In this document: positions 16,722-25,018 of the stretch, piece after piece | Layout: the number at the start of each line of letters is the position of its first letter | Numbering within the stretch: position 1 is the stretch's first letter | IMG/VR virus record: IMGVR_UViG_3300014914_000030 | Coordinates: 1-28,549 of that record | Reading direction: 5' to 3' (one strand) | DNA: 28,549 nt | The notes under the pieces: model-generated | Told to the model about the DNA's origin: nothing | Databases searched by the model: none | The model's input: the letters and a program-made list of their open reading frames with translations, nothing else | Position numbers and translations under genes: made by a program

Positions 16722-17962
16722 ATACTCATCTCCTCATATAGTGTTTTTAATACGTCTGGATTTAAACCTTGAGACTCCCAGTTTTTCAACCACCAATCCT
16801 TGAACTCCTCTTCGGTCATTGATTCCCAAGCTTTGAAACCCCATGCATGTCTTTTAGCTCTCCAGCATATTGCTTGAAGTACTGCATTTTGGTATTGTCT
16901 GATTCTTAGGGGGTTTTGTTCTGATTTGGGGATTCTTGGGATTGTCCACCTTTCTATTTCTCCTCTTATCCTCATCAGGTTGTCATATTGGTCTGCTTTT
17001 TCGGATTTATGGAAGTTTGTCATTTCTTCTGGTCTGTTATAGTTGCTGTAAGCCCATGCTATTGCTGGTGCTCTGTTTATCATTCCATAGATTTTTTCGC
17101 ATAGTACCTTGATTATTGCTGGGTTTTCCTTTCCATTGGGAAGTTTGTATATGCTCTTCTTGGGTAGGAGTATTCCGTAGCCTAGAGGAGTAACTCCTAG
17201 TACGAAGCCTATTTGCAGATGGTCTAACGTTTTGAATTTTATCTCTGCTAGGTTGCCTTGTGCGTCTATTATTGGTACTTTTCCCATTCCGTTCTCTGTT
17301 TCTGTTAGGAAGCTTCTACCAAGTACGGATAATCCAAGCACAAATGCGTTTGTCTGTGCACTCATTATCATGAATAGCCTATTCCAAACCATGTCATCTG
17401 TAATTTCTATCATTTCCAGTAGTTCTTGTATTTGCTGTAGGTTGGTCTTCCATGATATGTCTGGGGTTCTTATCTGTCTCAGCTTGTAGAAGGTTGCTCT
17501 GAGAAATTCTCTCGCTACTACTGGGTCGTATAAGCCTCTTCCGTATGGAGTTACGCCATAAATTGCCTTTTCTCCTTTTCCAACCAGTAGGTCTGCTTGA
17601 TATTCTTCCTCAAAATTTTCTAGGATGTACTCTCTGTAGTCTGTCATCCATGAGTATAGTTTTTCGTAGGGTACTGGCTCGAAGTTAGCCCATATTCCTT
17701 GTAGGGTTTCCTCTACACTTGGAAGTTCATAGGTGAAGTCTATTGAGTAGGGTTCTAGGTCTATTGGGGTTATTGCGTTTAGTAGTCCTATTCCTAGCTC
17801 TGTTAGGTCGAATGCGGAGATTTGTAGCCATACAATTTCCGCAAATAGAGGGGATAAGTCTAGGCTTCTGGTGAAAGTTAGATTTATGGCTGAGTCAGAG
17901 GCTGTTTTTGTCCAGTATTTCTTTTTCCATTGTTCGTATGGTCTTTCCTTTGGGATTATCAA
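16637..17962 (-). CDS. Putative minor virion protein
   Basis: 441 aa between the MCP/GT locus and the large fibre gene; repeated YGVTPYG / FVLGLSVLG / FVLGVTPLG motifs reminiscent of rudivirus minor structural proteins (by memory, unverified). Confidence 0.6.
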   Translation of the reverse strand: MIIPKERPYEQWKKKYWTKTASDSAINLTFTRSLDLSPLFAEIVWLQISAFDLTELGIGLLNAITPIDLEPYSIDFTYELPSVEETLQGIWANFEPVPYEKLYSWMTDYREYILENFEEEYQADLLVGKGEKAIYGVTPYGRGLYDPVVAREFLRATFYKLRQIRTPDISWKTNLQQIQELLEMIEITDDMVWNRLFMIMSAQTNAFVLGLSVLGRSFLTETENGMGKVPIIDAQGNLAEIKFKTLDHLQIGFVLGVTPLGYGILLPKKSIYKLPNGKENPAIIKVLCEKIYGMINRAPAIAWAYSNYNRPEEMTNFHKSEKADQYDNLMRIRGEIERWTIPRIPKSEQNPLRIRQYQNAVLQAICWRAKRHAWGFKAWESMTEEEFKDWWLKNWESQGLNPDVLKTLYEEMSIWVQHVRDVKTRIGQRLKQVRKRLALSV

Positions 17963-17978
17963 GGCTTGTTCATGTTTG

Positions 17979-19001
17979 CTATTGTACGAATGCCTTATAT
18001 GTGTTTGTTATGTCCATTTGCTTTGCGTATTCTTTTAGTTTCTCCTTTAATCCATCGAAGTTTCCTCTAGATTTTTTGTATAGGTCAAAAACATAGAGAA
18101 CTGTTCTAGACATTTCTTCTGTATCAAAATAATGGCATAGATACCATATTCCGTCTCCAAAGTCTTTCATTTCAGTTTCAACTATTGGAACTGGGAAGTT
18201 GATGTTTGTAGGTGCTACTTGGGTTAGGGGTTCGTATTCTGGATATATACATGGTACTCCCAAGGCTTGAGCTTCTAGAAGTGGGAGACCAAACCCTTCA
18301 CATAGACTAGTCTGCAAGTACACATCAAAGCTTCCTATTAGGCTGAGCACTTCCCATCTTGGAAGTTTCATAAATCTTGTATCCACATAGACATTGGGTA
18401 AGTCATCAAACCACTTTGCTCCTCTTTCCTCTGTTAGCACATAGAACTTTATACTAGAATCTTTTTCTAGTGTTTGTTGCACCACTCTTGCTAGGTATTC
18501 TAAGCCTTTTCTTGGATGTCCACTCTGTACAGTACCCACTACAAACCTTGCTCCTAGTCTTTTGTGTAGGTCTTTTTTGAGCTTTTCAGCCTCTTCCACG
18601 TCTTCTAGGTTGATTCCGTGAGGAATGGTCTTAATAACTTGGAGTCCTATGGCTGTTAGCATTTTTTGTGTGAATTTGCTGTTTGCTATGTATAGGATGT
18701 CTTCTCTATGCCAGTCTTTTACAAGGTGTTGTTTTGGCATTCCTTCGACGGTTGCATAGCATACACCAGATATTCCGTGTTTTTGATAGTCTCTTAGTTG
18801 GAGAAGCCAGTTTCCCACATAGAGAGGGTCAAATGTCATAACCATTATTGCCTTGTCGAACTCTTTAACTGCATTGAACCAGAAAATTTGCTGTTTGAAG
18901 TGTTTGGCTGGTACTCCCAGCTTGTTGAGTGCTTTTGTTATGTCTTCTGCAACCACAACTAGACTTGTCTTATGTGGGCTAATGATACCGTATGTTGTCA
19001 T
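17979..19001 (-). CDS. GT4 (GT-B) glycosyltransferase next to MCP
   Basis: IANSKFT, IPHGIN, HPRKG, EGFGLPLLEAQALGVP; MCP-GT adjacency is typical of rudiviruses. Confidence 0.93.
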   Translation of the reverse strand: MTTYGIISPHKTSLVVVAEDITKALNKLGVPAKHFKQQIFWFNAVKEFDKAIMVMTFDPLYVGNWLLQLRDYQKHGISGVCYATVEGMPKQHLVKDWHREDILYIANSKFTQKMLTAIGLQVIKTIPHGINLEDVEEAEKLKKDLHKRLGARFVVGTVQSGHPRKGLEYLARVVQQTLEKDSSIKFYVLTEERGAKWFDDLPNVYVDTRFMKLPRWEVLSLIGSFDVYLQTSLCEGFGLPLLEAQALGVPCIYPEYEPLTQVAPTNINFPVPIVETEMKDFGDGIWYLCHYFDTEEMSRTVLYVFDLYKKSRGNFDGLKEKLKEYAKQMDITNTYKAFVQ

Positions 19002-19004
19002 ATC

Positions 19005-19011
19005 AAAAAAA
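19005..19011 (-). terminator. Oligo-T terminator after MCP
   Basis: T7 run on the minus strand about 35 nt downstream of the MCP stop. Confidence 0.4.
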
Positions 19012-19046
19012 TGGGGAACTTGAGGGTATTAAGGGTTTAGGCTAGT

Positions 19047-19421
19047 CTAGTAGGCTATAGCCCATCCACAGACTACGTTAATGATTTCATCACAGATGTC
19101 TGAGTTAAGTCCATAGGCGTTCACGAAGTAAGTCTTCAGAGCCGTAGCGATTGTCTTTGCTGAGTCTCCAGACTGGTGTAGGACATGTCTATAGAGCTTG
19201 GTGGCAAATGCCAAATAGGTGGCTCTTAAGCCACCCGTTACACCATAGTTGTCAAGGATTGGTCGAACCATGTCCCTTACCGTTCCGATTGCGTTGAGTC
19301 CAGCTTGTGCTCTGTCAAGGGCTACACTCTGAACATCTGTGAACCTTGTGCTAATTACTGTGGGGTTGAACTTCGCTTGGTATTTCTTGTACATGTCAAG
19401 ACCGTCTCTATAGAGGGGCAT
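19047..19421 (-). CDS. Major capsid protein, SIRV2/rudivirus-type (Adnaviria)
   Basis: KYQAKFNPTVIST, LDNYGVTGGLRATYLAFATK, LKTYFVNAYGLNSDICDEIINVV align with recalled rudivirus MCP motifs (KWQAKF..NPTVAST, YGITGPNRAIYQGFGLK, LKGYYISAFNANPQVLDAVVNII); AAGGTGA SD. Confidence 0.9.
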   Translation of the reverse strand: MPLYRDGLDMYKKYQAKFNPTVISTRFTDVQSVALDRAQAGLNAIGTVRDMVRPILDNYGVTGGLRATYLAFATKLYRHVLHQSGDSAKTIATALKTYFVNAYGLNSDICDEIINVVCGWAIAY

Positions 19422-19521
19422 TTTCCTTCACCTTTTCTTTTTTCTTACGAAAGCATTAAAAGGGTGGATTACATTAAAGGTAATTGCAAAGATTGAACTA
19501 GTGTGGGGTACTTTATTAGCC

Positions 19522-19899
19522 ATGCAGAAGCTTGAAGTAAAAGAGGAAGAGTTTGACGAAGCTTTAAATCTGGAGTACAGAGACGCTAGGAAGAGAGCTA
19601 TTGATAGTGCTCTTTATTTGGTTAAGAAGGAATTTCATTGGGTTTTGAGGTACTACCAAGCTAGGATGAATGAGCTTTTGGTTCGTGATGGGATTAGAAT
19701 TAATGAAAAGAGTGAGATTAGGATTGAGGGAAACAAGATTATTATGACTATTGAGGGTGAGATTACTGAGGATACAATTAAAGAAGCTACTGATGTGATT
19801 TTGAGAGCAAAGAGGAGTATTCTATCACGTAGGACTAATAGGCGTAAAAAATACAAGGCTGGGAGTACAGAATTATTGAGTACGGTAAAGGGTGGTTAA
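19522..19899 (+). CDS. Hypothetical protein, basic C-terminus
   Basis: ORF divergent from MCP; ATG at 19522 likelier than GTG at 19501. Confidence 0.7.
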   Translation: MQKLEVKEEEFDEALNLEYRDARKRAIDSALYLVKKEFHWVLRYYQARMNELLVRDGIRINEKSEIRIEGNKIIMTIEGEITEDTIKEATDVILRAKRSILSRRTNRRKKYKAGSTELLSTVKGG

Positions 19900-19900
19900 T

Positions 19901-20041
19901 TTGGCTACTAAGGTGTTGCAGATTGTTGTTCCAGCTAGGCTTTATGATAGGCTTGTTCAATGCAGTAAGAAGAGTGGGATTAGCAAGGAAGACTTAATTA
20001 TGAGGGCTTTAATCAAGGTTATTGAGGAGTTTGAGGGATGA
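19901..20041 (+). CDS. 46-aa ribbon-helix-helix protein (not in ORF track)
   Basis: TTG start after GGTGG; MATKVLQIVVPARLYDRLVQCSKKSGISKEDLIMRALIKVIEEFEG. Confidence 0.75.
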   Translation: MATKVLQIVVPARLYDRLVQCSKKSGISKEDLIMRALIKVIEEFEG

Positions 20042-20045
20042 AGTT

Positions 20046-20360
20046 ATGAGTCTTCAGCAAAAGATTTTGACTTTGATTTCTGGCATTCCAGACCCAGCTA
20101 CAAGGGTTGACATCGCTACTACGATTAATTATCTTTTCCAGTTGTATGTTGGTGGACATATCAATGAAGACCAAGTTAGAACTGAGCTTTATAATGTGTG
20201 TTATAGTGTGATTGGTGCTACGTATCCAGACTTAACAGAGGATGAAGTACGCAAGAAGGCTAATCAGCTTTCGGATGAGTTTATGAGAGTCTTTAGAATT
20301 GAGAATGTGCATAGGCGTATGGTCAGTAGGTTTGGGTCTGCAACTAGGCTTCCTTACTGA
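20046..20360 (+). CDS. Hypothetical alpha-helical protein
   Basis: MSLQQKIL... follows the RHH gene with GAGGGA SD. Confidence 0.75.
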   Translation: MSLQQKILTLISGIPDPATRVDIATTINYLFQLYVGGHINEDQVRTELYNVCYSVIGATYPDLTEDEVRKKANQLSDEFMRVFRIENVHRRMVSRFGSATRLPY

Positions 20361-20608
20361 GTTTTCTTTTTAGTTTTTTCTTTGATTATTCCTAGCTTTT
20401 TGAGTATTTTAACTTGTATTCCTATGAGAATTGCCATTACAAGGAATCCTAGGGGTATGCCTATTCCGATTCCTATAGCTCCAAGCAAAGCTCCAAAAAT
20501 ACACACAACTATGAAGGATACTAGGATGTCGAATAGAAATAGGATTACGCCTAAAAGTAGGTTAAGTATGTTTTTCGCTAGGTCTAGTAGGGCTTTTAGT
20601 TTCTTCAA
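20354..20608 (-). CDS. Small membrane protein (two TM segments)
   Basis: Long hydrophobic stretch with GIGIGIPLG turn and Lys-rich ends. Confidence 0.75.
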   Translation of the reverse strand: MKKLKALLDLAKNILNLLLGVILFLFDILVSFIVVCIFGALLGAIGIGIGIPLGFLVMAILIGIQVKILKKLGIIKEKTKKKTQ

Positions 20609-20906
20609 CCTTTTTCACCTCTATAAATGTGTATCTTCCTTCTTTTTTAATGAACACGAAGGGTCTTACCCTATATGTTCCAGCTAGGCTGTATAGGTCT
20701 TGGAATTTCTTGTGGAGCTTGGACAAGTCTTTAGGTGCTTCTGCTTTTTTGCATTGAACCAGCCAGATTTCGTTTTGGTCTGGGAAGAAGGCTATTAGGT
20801 CTGCTACGCCTAAGCTTCTGCTACTGCGTATTACGTATGCTCCTTTCTGCTTTAGGAGTTCTCTGCACCTATGCTCTACTAGGTATCCATATCTGTACGC
20901 CGACAC
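20562..20906 (-). CDS. hjc: Archaeal Holliday junction resolvase (PD-(D/E)xK)
   Basis: YRYGYLVE...L...GAYVIRSSRSLGVADLIAF...WLVQCK. Confidence 0.88.
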   Translation of the reverse strand: MSAYRYGYLVEHRCRELLKQKGAYVIRSSRSLGVADLIAFFPDQNEIWLVQCKKAEAPKDLSKLHKKFQDLYSLAGTYRVRPFVFIKKEGRYTFIEVKKVEETKSPTRPSEKHT

Positions 20907-20909
20907 TTC

Positions 20910-21446
20910 CTACCTCTCCATTCCGTAATATTTGGATTGGGATATTCCTAATGCTCCTAGGGTTACCATGATTATGTAGTTTGCTAGTTTAGGCATTTTC
21001 TTAACTACTCTTTCCTCAATCCACACTTTCTGGTTTTCTATGTCGAACCAGAGTGGTACAATGTCTCTCTGTAGGTTTCCGTGTTTGTCGTAGCGTTTCT
21101 TGGTGAGAATGTAGTAGGTTATTTTTCCTACTTGTTTCTTCTTTAGAATGAAGTTTTTGTCTGGAAATCTCTTTTGTAGGGTTGCTACGTATGTTTTGAG
21201 CTTTTCTAGAGTTATTTTTGCTGGTCTTGATTTTGGTACTATTATGAATTTCTGGTTGTATCTTCCGAATTGTCCTTTTCCGTTCACGATTGGGTAGTAG
21301 TCTCTGAAGATTTCAAGGATAATTGGGAATCTTCCGTGTACGATTTTATGGCATGTTTTACATAAGCGTCTGTATTGAAGTGGAGCATACCTTATAATGT
21401 GATATTCTAATGGTACGTCTGACCTTCCACATATCTCACATATCAT
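20910..21446 (-). CDS. Protein with N-terminal HNH-like zinc finger
   Basis: CEICG...YHII...LCKTCHKIVH; probable start 21446 with GGTGA SD and TATA upstream (the track extension to 21635 overlaps a plus-strand gene). Confidence 0.7.
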   Translation of the reverse strand: MICEICGRSDVPLEYHIIRYAPLQYRRLCKTCHKIVHGRFPIILEIFRDYYPIVNGKGQFGRYNQKFIIVPKSRPAKITLEKLKTYVATLQKRFPDKNFILKKKQVGKITYYILTKKRYDKHGNLQRDIVPLWFDIENQKVWIEERVVKKMPKLANYIIMVTLGALGISQSKYYGMER

Positions 21447-21469
21447 TGTGTTCACCATGTAGTATATGG

Positions 21470-21535
21470 TGCTTAAGTCCCTTATATACCTTACGGTTCT
21501 AAAGGGTATCAAAACGCTTATATACCGTAGGTGTA
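21470..21535. promoter_or_regulatory. Divergent BRE/TATA promoters
   Basis: Minus strand AAGGTATATAAG; plus strand AAAACGCTTATATA; between divergent genes. Confidence 0.65.
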
Positions 21536-21560
21536 TTAAGTTAATTAGGGGGATGGAAAA

Positions 21561-21725
21561 ATGGTCAAGGTAGTTAAGGTGTGGTTTGATGATGAGGTTT
21601 GGGAAGATGTTTGGAAAATAGTGAAGGCTATACATACGAATCCTACTAGGAAGTTTTCTTTAACTGTAAATGAATTGCTCAGAAAGGTTATTCCAGAGGA
21701 GAAAAAGAGGCTGGGGCTGGAGTAA
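21561..21725 (+). CDS. 54-aa RHH-like protein (not in ORF track)
   Basis: MVKVVKVWFDDEVWEDVWKIVKAIHTNPTRKFSLTVNELLRKVIPEEKKRLGLE; GGGGGA SD and TATA upstream. Confidence 0.7.
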   Translation: MVKVVKVWFDDEVWEDVWKIVKAIHTNPTRKFSLTVNELLRKVIPEEKKRLGLE

Positions 21726-21863
21726 ATGCCTAGAACAACCGAAAGTCTAGTCAAGTGCATAGGCAAATATAACGAAAATGACCTAGAATGCCAAAACTGT
21801 TTCTTCAAGGCTGAATGCATGGAAATCAAAAGGTTAAAGAAAATACGAAAACGTAAGGAGTGA
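21726..21863 (+). CDS. 45-aa four-Cys protein (not in ORF track)
   Basis: MPRTTESLVKCIGKYNENDLECQNCFFKAECMEIKRLKKIRKRKE; starts right after the upstream stop. Confidence 0.6.
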   Translation: MPRTTESLVKCIGKYNENDLECQNCFFKAECMEIKRLKKIRKRKE

Positions 21864-21871
21864 GCATAACA

Positions 21872-21988
21872 ATGAACTTGATATGCCTAGTAAAAGGACA
21901 CAAGTTTAAACGAATAGCCATTCTTTTTGGTTATGTACTAGTTTTAGAGTGTGAAAGGTGCGGAAAAATTGAGCTTAAGAGAGCATGA
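21872..21988 (+). CDS. 38-aa zinc-finger protein (not in ORF track)
   Basis: MNLICLVKGHKFKRIAILFGYVLVLECERCGKIELKRA; C-x4-H...CxxC; GGAGTGA SD. Confidence 0.6.
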   Translation: MNLICLVKGHKFKRIAILFGYVLVLECERCGKIELKRA

Positions 21989-22391
21989 TGAATTTATCAA
22001 GCATTTAAGGGAAGAAATCAATTTCCTACGTAAGAGAGTAGCTAAACTAGAAGAGGAAAACGCCTTACTCAGAAATGCTCTAGCCCAGAAAGTGGATGAC
22101 CTAGAACCAACCTATAGGGAAATCGAAGATAGACTAGACCGTTTAAAAACACACGTTCTAAAAGCCATAAGATTTCTAATTAGAAGTCGAAAAAGACCAG
22201 TAAACTATGAGGAAATCATAAAGGCTGTGCAAGTAAGGTATCCCTTCAAAATTAAAGCAGAGACCATAACACGGACAGTACGGAAACTAAAAGAGGAAGG
22301 CTACCTATTCTCTCCCAAAAAAGGGTACTTTATGCTTTCAGATACCCCACCACAAGAAATAGGACAATCAACTCTCAGTTCTTTTAAGTAA
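21951..22391 (+). CDS. Coiled-coil plus winged-helix DNA-binding protein
   Basis: N-terminal heptads; C-terminal TITRTVRKLKEEGYLFSPKKGYF; likely TTG start at 21969. Confidence 0.8.
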   Translation: MKGAEKLSLREHDEFIKHLREEINFLRKRVAKLEEENALLRNALAQKVDDLEPTYREIEDRLDRLKTHVLKAIRFLIRSRKRPVNYEEIIKAVQVRYPFKIKAETITRTVRKLKEEGYLFSPKKGYFMLSDTPPQEIGQSTLSSFK

Positions 22392-22652
22392 AACAGCAAT
22401 TCCCTCATTGACCGTCTTTAGCTCACGTAAGACCTTCCCTATGTTGTTTCCCAGCTTAATCATGTTATGGTTCATCTCATTGAGAGCCTTTGTAATTTGA
22501 CTATTCTGTTCCAGCACAAGAGCAACAAGCAAAGTATTTAGCTCATTCCCTTTCAAACGCCTATTTCCTACAATTTCCTTGAACTTTTGAGCTATCGTAG
22601 GAGCAAACACGTCAATCAAGGTAGCTAGTACATCACCCATGCTCCTACTCAC
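22368..22652 (-). CDS. Hypothetical coiled-coil protein
   Basis: 94 aa helical; GGAG SD and TTAAAA promoter upstream. Confidence 0.65.
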   Translation of the reverse strand: MSRSMGDVLATLIDVFAPTIAQKFKEIVGNRRLKGNELNTLLVALVLEQNSQITKALNEMNHNMIKLGNNIGKVLRELKTVNEGIAVLLKRTES

Positions 22653-22708
22653 TCCTTTTCAAAATATTATCGTGAAAAACTATTTTAAGCCTTATCGGAA
22701 TGAGGGTC

Positions 22709-22780
22709 AGTTAGCCCATTTCCGAACATCGGGGAGATTTGGGGCGTAACTGTAGGTGTAATTTGGGGGTTGGGCTAACT
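22709..22780. repeat. 10-bp inverted repeat enclosing G-rich loop
   Basis: AGTTAGCCCA (22709..22718) / TGGGCTAACT (22771..22780). Confidence 0.7.
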
Positions 22781-22860
22781 TCATCATCCCATACTCTAAA
22801 ATTTTAGACAGAGACTTGAATTTTTTGTGGTTAAGGTTTATATTCAAAAAATAAAAAATA

Positions 22861-23580
22861 GTGAAATTGCGGTCTGCAAGCAGAAAATATAGGAGTTGTA
22901 GCATAAAAATGTTACGAACTGAAATGAGCCGTGAAGAATGTCTAGCATTATTATCTACTACTACTACTGACTGGGTTAAGGTCAGAGGCTTCTCAATTGA
23001 GCTTCTGCACCATCTCAGAGACAAGCAACTACTCCTATGTGAACTCTGCGAACTGACTGGAAAAGACCCCATTTACGTAAATGTCTATCTGAATCGCCTT
23101 AGACGGTACGGATTCGTTCAGAAAGACCGTTATTACTATAGAATAACTGAAATTGGAGTTGCTTTGCTTAATATACTTAATACACTTAATACACTTAAGT
23201 ACACAAAATATAACAGTTATATAACAGTTATTAAACAGAAATATAACAGAAATATAACAGAAAAAAGAGCTTCAAAGCAAGCTTCTTTGAGGCAAACTGG
23301 CTTGGAGCTTTGGCTTCAGAGTTGCGATTTGAGTGAGAAAGAGAAGGAAGTAGTAGAGGTACTGATAGACCATTACAACAAAACTGGCTCTAAATATCTG
23401 TATTTTGACACTCCATTCGACTTTGCAGAAAGATTCAAGATTAGTCCACAAATGGCTACTGAAGTACTAAAACGCCTAAAGCAAGACGGAATCATTTACG
23501 TGTTCAGAGACAGACAACTTGGCTCATGGAAGATAGGCTTAAAGTCAGCCTTCCTTGAAGCCCTCAAGCTCTCTCAATAA
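22861..23580 (+). CDS. Double winged-helix protein, candidate replication/origin-binding protein
   Basis: Two wHTH signatures (YLNRLRRYGFVQK..YYYRITEIG; VLKRLKQDGIIYV..WKI) joined by a repeat-encoded linker; true start may be 22909 or 22924. Confidence 0.75.
   Translation: MKLRSASRKYRSCSIKMLRTEMSREECLALLSTTTTDWVKVRGFSIELLHHLRDKQLLLCELCELTGKDPIYVNVYLNRLRRYGFVQKDRYYYRITEIGVALLNILNTLNTLKYTKYNSYITVIKQKYNRNITEKRASKQASLRQTGLELWLQSCDLSEKEKEVVEVLIDHYNKTGSKYLYFDTPFDFAERFKISPQMATEVLKRLKQDGIIYVFRDRQLGSWKIGLKSAFLEALKLSQ
23167..23260 (+). repeat. Tandem 9-bp (x4) and 11-bp (x5) AT-rich repeats, iteron-like
   Basis: CTTAATA(T/C)A x3 plus CTTAAGTACA at 23167..23203; AAATATAACAG, TTATATAACAG, TTATTAAACAG, AAATATAACAG, AAATATAACAG at 23206..23260. 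Confidence 0.9.
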
Positions 23581-23746
23581 TCGGAAAGATTAACATCCAA
23601 AAATCAAGCCTCTGCACGTTCTTTTTAGAGGGATAATACTGCAAAAAACACCTTTCACACATAGGAACTTTAGTTTTGTTCACAGCATCCCTAACATACG
23701 TATCTGTAGGCTCTCCACAAATAAAACAAGGAAACTTCTTTACCAA
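23564..23746 (-). CDS. Small zinc-finger protein
   Basis: CFICG...MCERC. Confidence 0.7.
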   Translation of the reverse strand: MVKKFPCFICGEPTDTYVRDAVNKTKVPMCERCFLQYYPSKKNVQRLDFWMLIFPIIERA

Positions 23747-24015
23747 TCTACATCACCAAGCCAGACCTCACTCTCTTTAGGGTAGTATCTCTTAGCTAAA
23801 GCCTTACGCAAAAGCTCATTCCCCCTCATTTTGCTGGTCAATGTATTAACAAGCTTCCTAGCTCTCCAGTACTTTCGGCGTAACCTATACAAAATGGTAT
23901 AGGCTGTACGTTCCTTAATACCAATAGCATGTGCAGAATCCTTGATGGTCAAATGCTCTCTCATAGCTTCAATCAACCTTTCCTCTAAAGGCGTAAGTAC
24001 CCTTTCTTCAGACAT
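23740..24015 (-). CDS. Helix-turn-helix protein
   Basis: LTPLEERLIE...TIKDSAHAIGIKERTAYTILYRLRRK; GGTGAGG SD. Confidence 0.85.
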   Translation of the reverse strand: MSEERVLTPLEERLIEAMREHLTIKDSAHAIGIKERTAYTILYRLRRKYWRARKLVNTLTSKMRGNELLRKALAKRYYPKESEVWLGDVDW

Positions 24016-24032
24016 AACCTCACCAAGCCAAA

Positions 24033-24055
24033 TTTATACATGCAGAATGTATAAA
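24033..24055. promoter_or_regulatory. Palindromic operator overlapping TATA box of HTH gene
   Basis: TTTATACAT-GCAGA-ATGTATAAA, perfect 9-bp arms. Confidence 0.65.
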
Positions 24056-24155
24056 AATCTTATGTCCGCAAAAAGACTTATCACAAATTCCGAAAGACTT
24101 CCACAAAAAAGTAATAAAAAAGCTGAAAAAAATAAGGGTACTTAACGTAGGTTAA

Positions 24156-24359
24156 CTACTCAACTTTTAGCTCTTCTATTAGCTCTTCGCAAGCTTCCTT
24201 GAACGGTAGCGGAATGAAGATAGCTACCACATGCATGTTCAACTTCTGGATTTTGTAGATTTTAGCCCAACCCCAGAACCCATTAAGGGCTTCTCCATTC
24301 TGAATACGCACTTGCTTAGAGTCTTTCACCATTACCTCATAATCAAGCTCTTCCATCAT
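24156..24359 (-). CDS. Hypothetical protein
   Basis: 67 aa, translationally coupled in the minus-strand operon. Confidence 0.6.
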   Translation of the reverse strand: MMEELDYEVMVKDSKQVRIQNGEALNGFWGWAKIYKIQKLNMHVVAIFIPLPFKEACEELIEELKVE

Positions 24360-24634
24360 TTCTCACTCTCCAATTTGGCTAATTCCGTATAGTTAGGCAT
24401 GTACTCCTTACAGATTTTAGCCAAATTCCAGACCTCAAAAGGCTTCCTTCCTTCCCATTGGTTGAGCAAAGGTGCAATAGCCCTATACAATGCACAGACA
24501 TTGACATGCTTACAGTACTTGCAACTCCTAGCGTCTTCAATCTCCACTTTAGGCATTCTAACAGTTAAGGTCATACTAGACCACTCTCCCTTACGTACAA
24601 GAGAAAGAGGGACAGAGTTCATGCTCTTGCTCAT
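24356..24634 (-). CDS. Cys-rich hypothetical protein
   Basis: SCKYCKHVNVC...ICKEY. Confidence 0.65.
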   Translation of the reverse strand: MSKSMNSVPLSLVRKGEWSSMTLTVRMPKVEIEDARSCKYCKHVNVCALYRAIAPLLNQWEGRKPFEVWNLAKICKEYMPNYTELAKLESEK

Positions 24635-24851
24635 ATTGTTCCTCTAAGACCTTCCTAATCTCAGAGGCTACCGTCTCAAGAGCCTTAGCAAGTATGTGGG
24701 TAGCGTCTAGCTGGATTACAATGCTGTAGTCTCCCTTTCTCGGTCTGTACTTCTCAATCCATAGATAAGGTGGATGGTAGTGTCCCTTGATAGTAAAGCG
24801 AATGCCTTGTACGGTTACAGAAATGTCCTTTCCTTCTCTTTCGACCTTCAT
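24591..24851 (-). CDS. Hypothetical protein
   Basis: 86 aa, beta-strands then helix; ATGA-coupled to upstream ORF. Confidence 0.6.
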   Translation of the reverse strand: MKVEREGKDISVTVQGIRFTIKGHYHPPYLWIEKYRPRKGDYSIVIQLDATHILAKALETVASEIRKVLEEQYEQEHELCPSFSCT

Positions 24852-25018
24852 TCTTTCAACCTCTGTATTTCCTTTAAGACAGTTCTAACGGTCTCCTCAA
24901 GGTTTGGATGTTCCCATCCGACACATAGTTGCACTAGCAGACTAGTATCATCCAATATTTTCTGGTAGTGGAATTTCGCTAAAGCCCTTGCATGTTTTCT
25001 AATCTCTTCATCCTTCAT
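24848..25018 (-). CDS. 56-aa hypothetical protein (not in ORF track)
   Basis: MKDEEIRKHARALAKFHYQKILDDTSLLVQLCVGWEHPNLEETVRTVLKEIQRLKE fills the operon gap exactly. Confidence 0.65.
   Translation of the reverse strand: MKDEEIRKHARALAKFHYQKILDDTSLLVQLCVGWEHPNLEETVRTVLKEIQRLKE

Noticed and set aside
21447-21635. N-terminal extension of the 241-aa track ORF
   Set aside because: It spans divergent promoters and a better plus-strand RHH gene; SD supports a start at 21446.
22823-22832. TTTTGTGGTT matching terminal bases 5..14
   Set aside because: A single 10-mer match in an AT-rich genome can arise by chance.
23167-23260. Mini-CRISPR array
   Set aside because: Repeats are 9-11 bp and contiguous with no spacers; no CRISPR-like repeat/spacer pattern was seen anywhere.
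24591-24851. Possible ssDNA-binding protein
   Set aside because: Only a generic beta-strands-plus-helix pattern; not supportable by eye.
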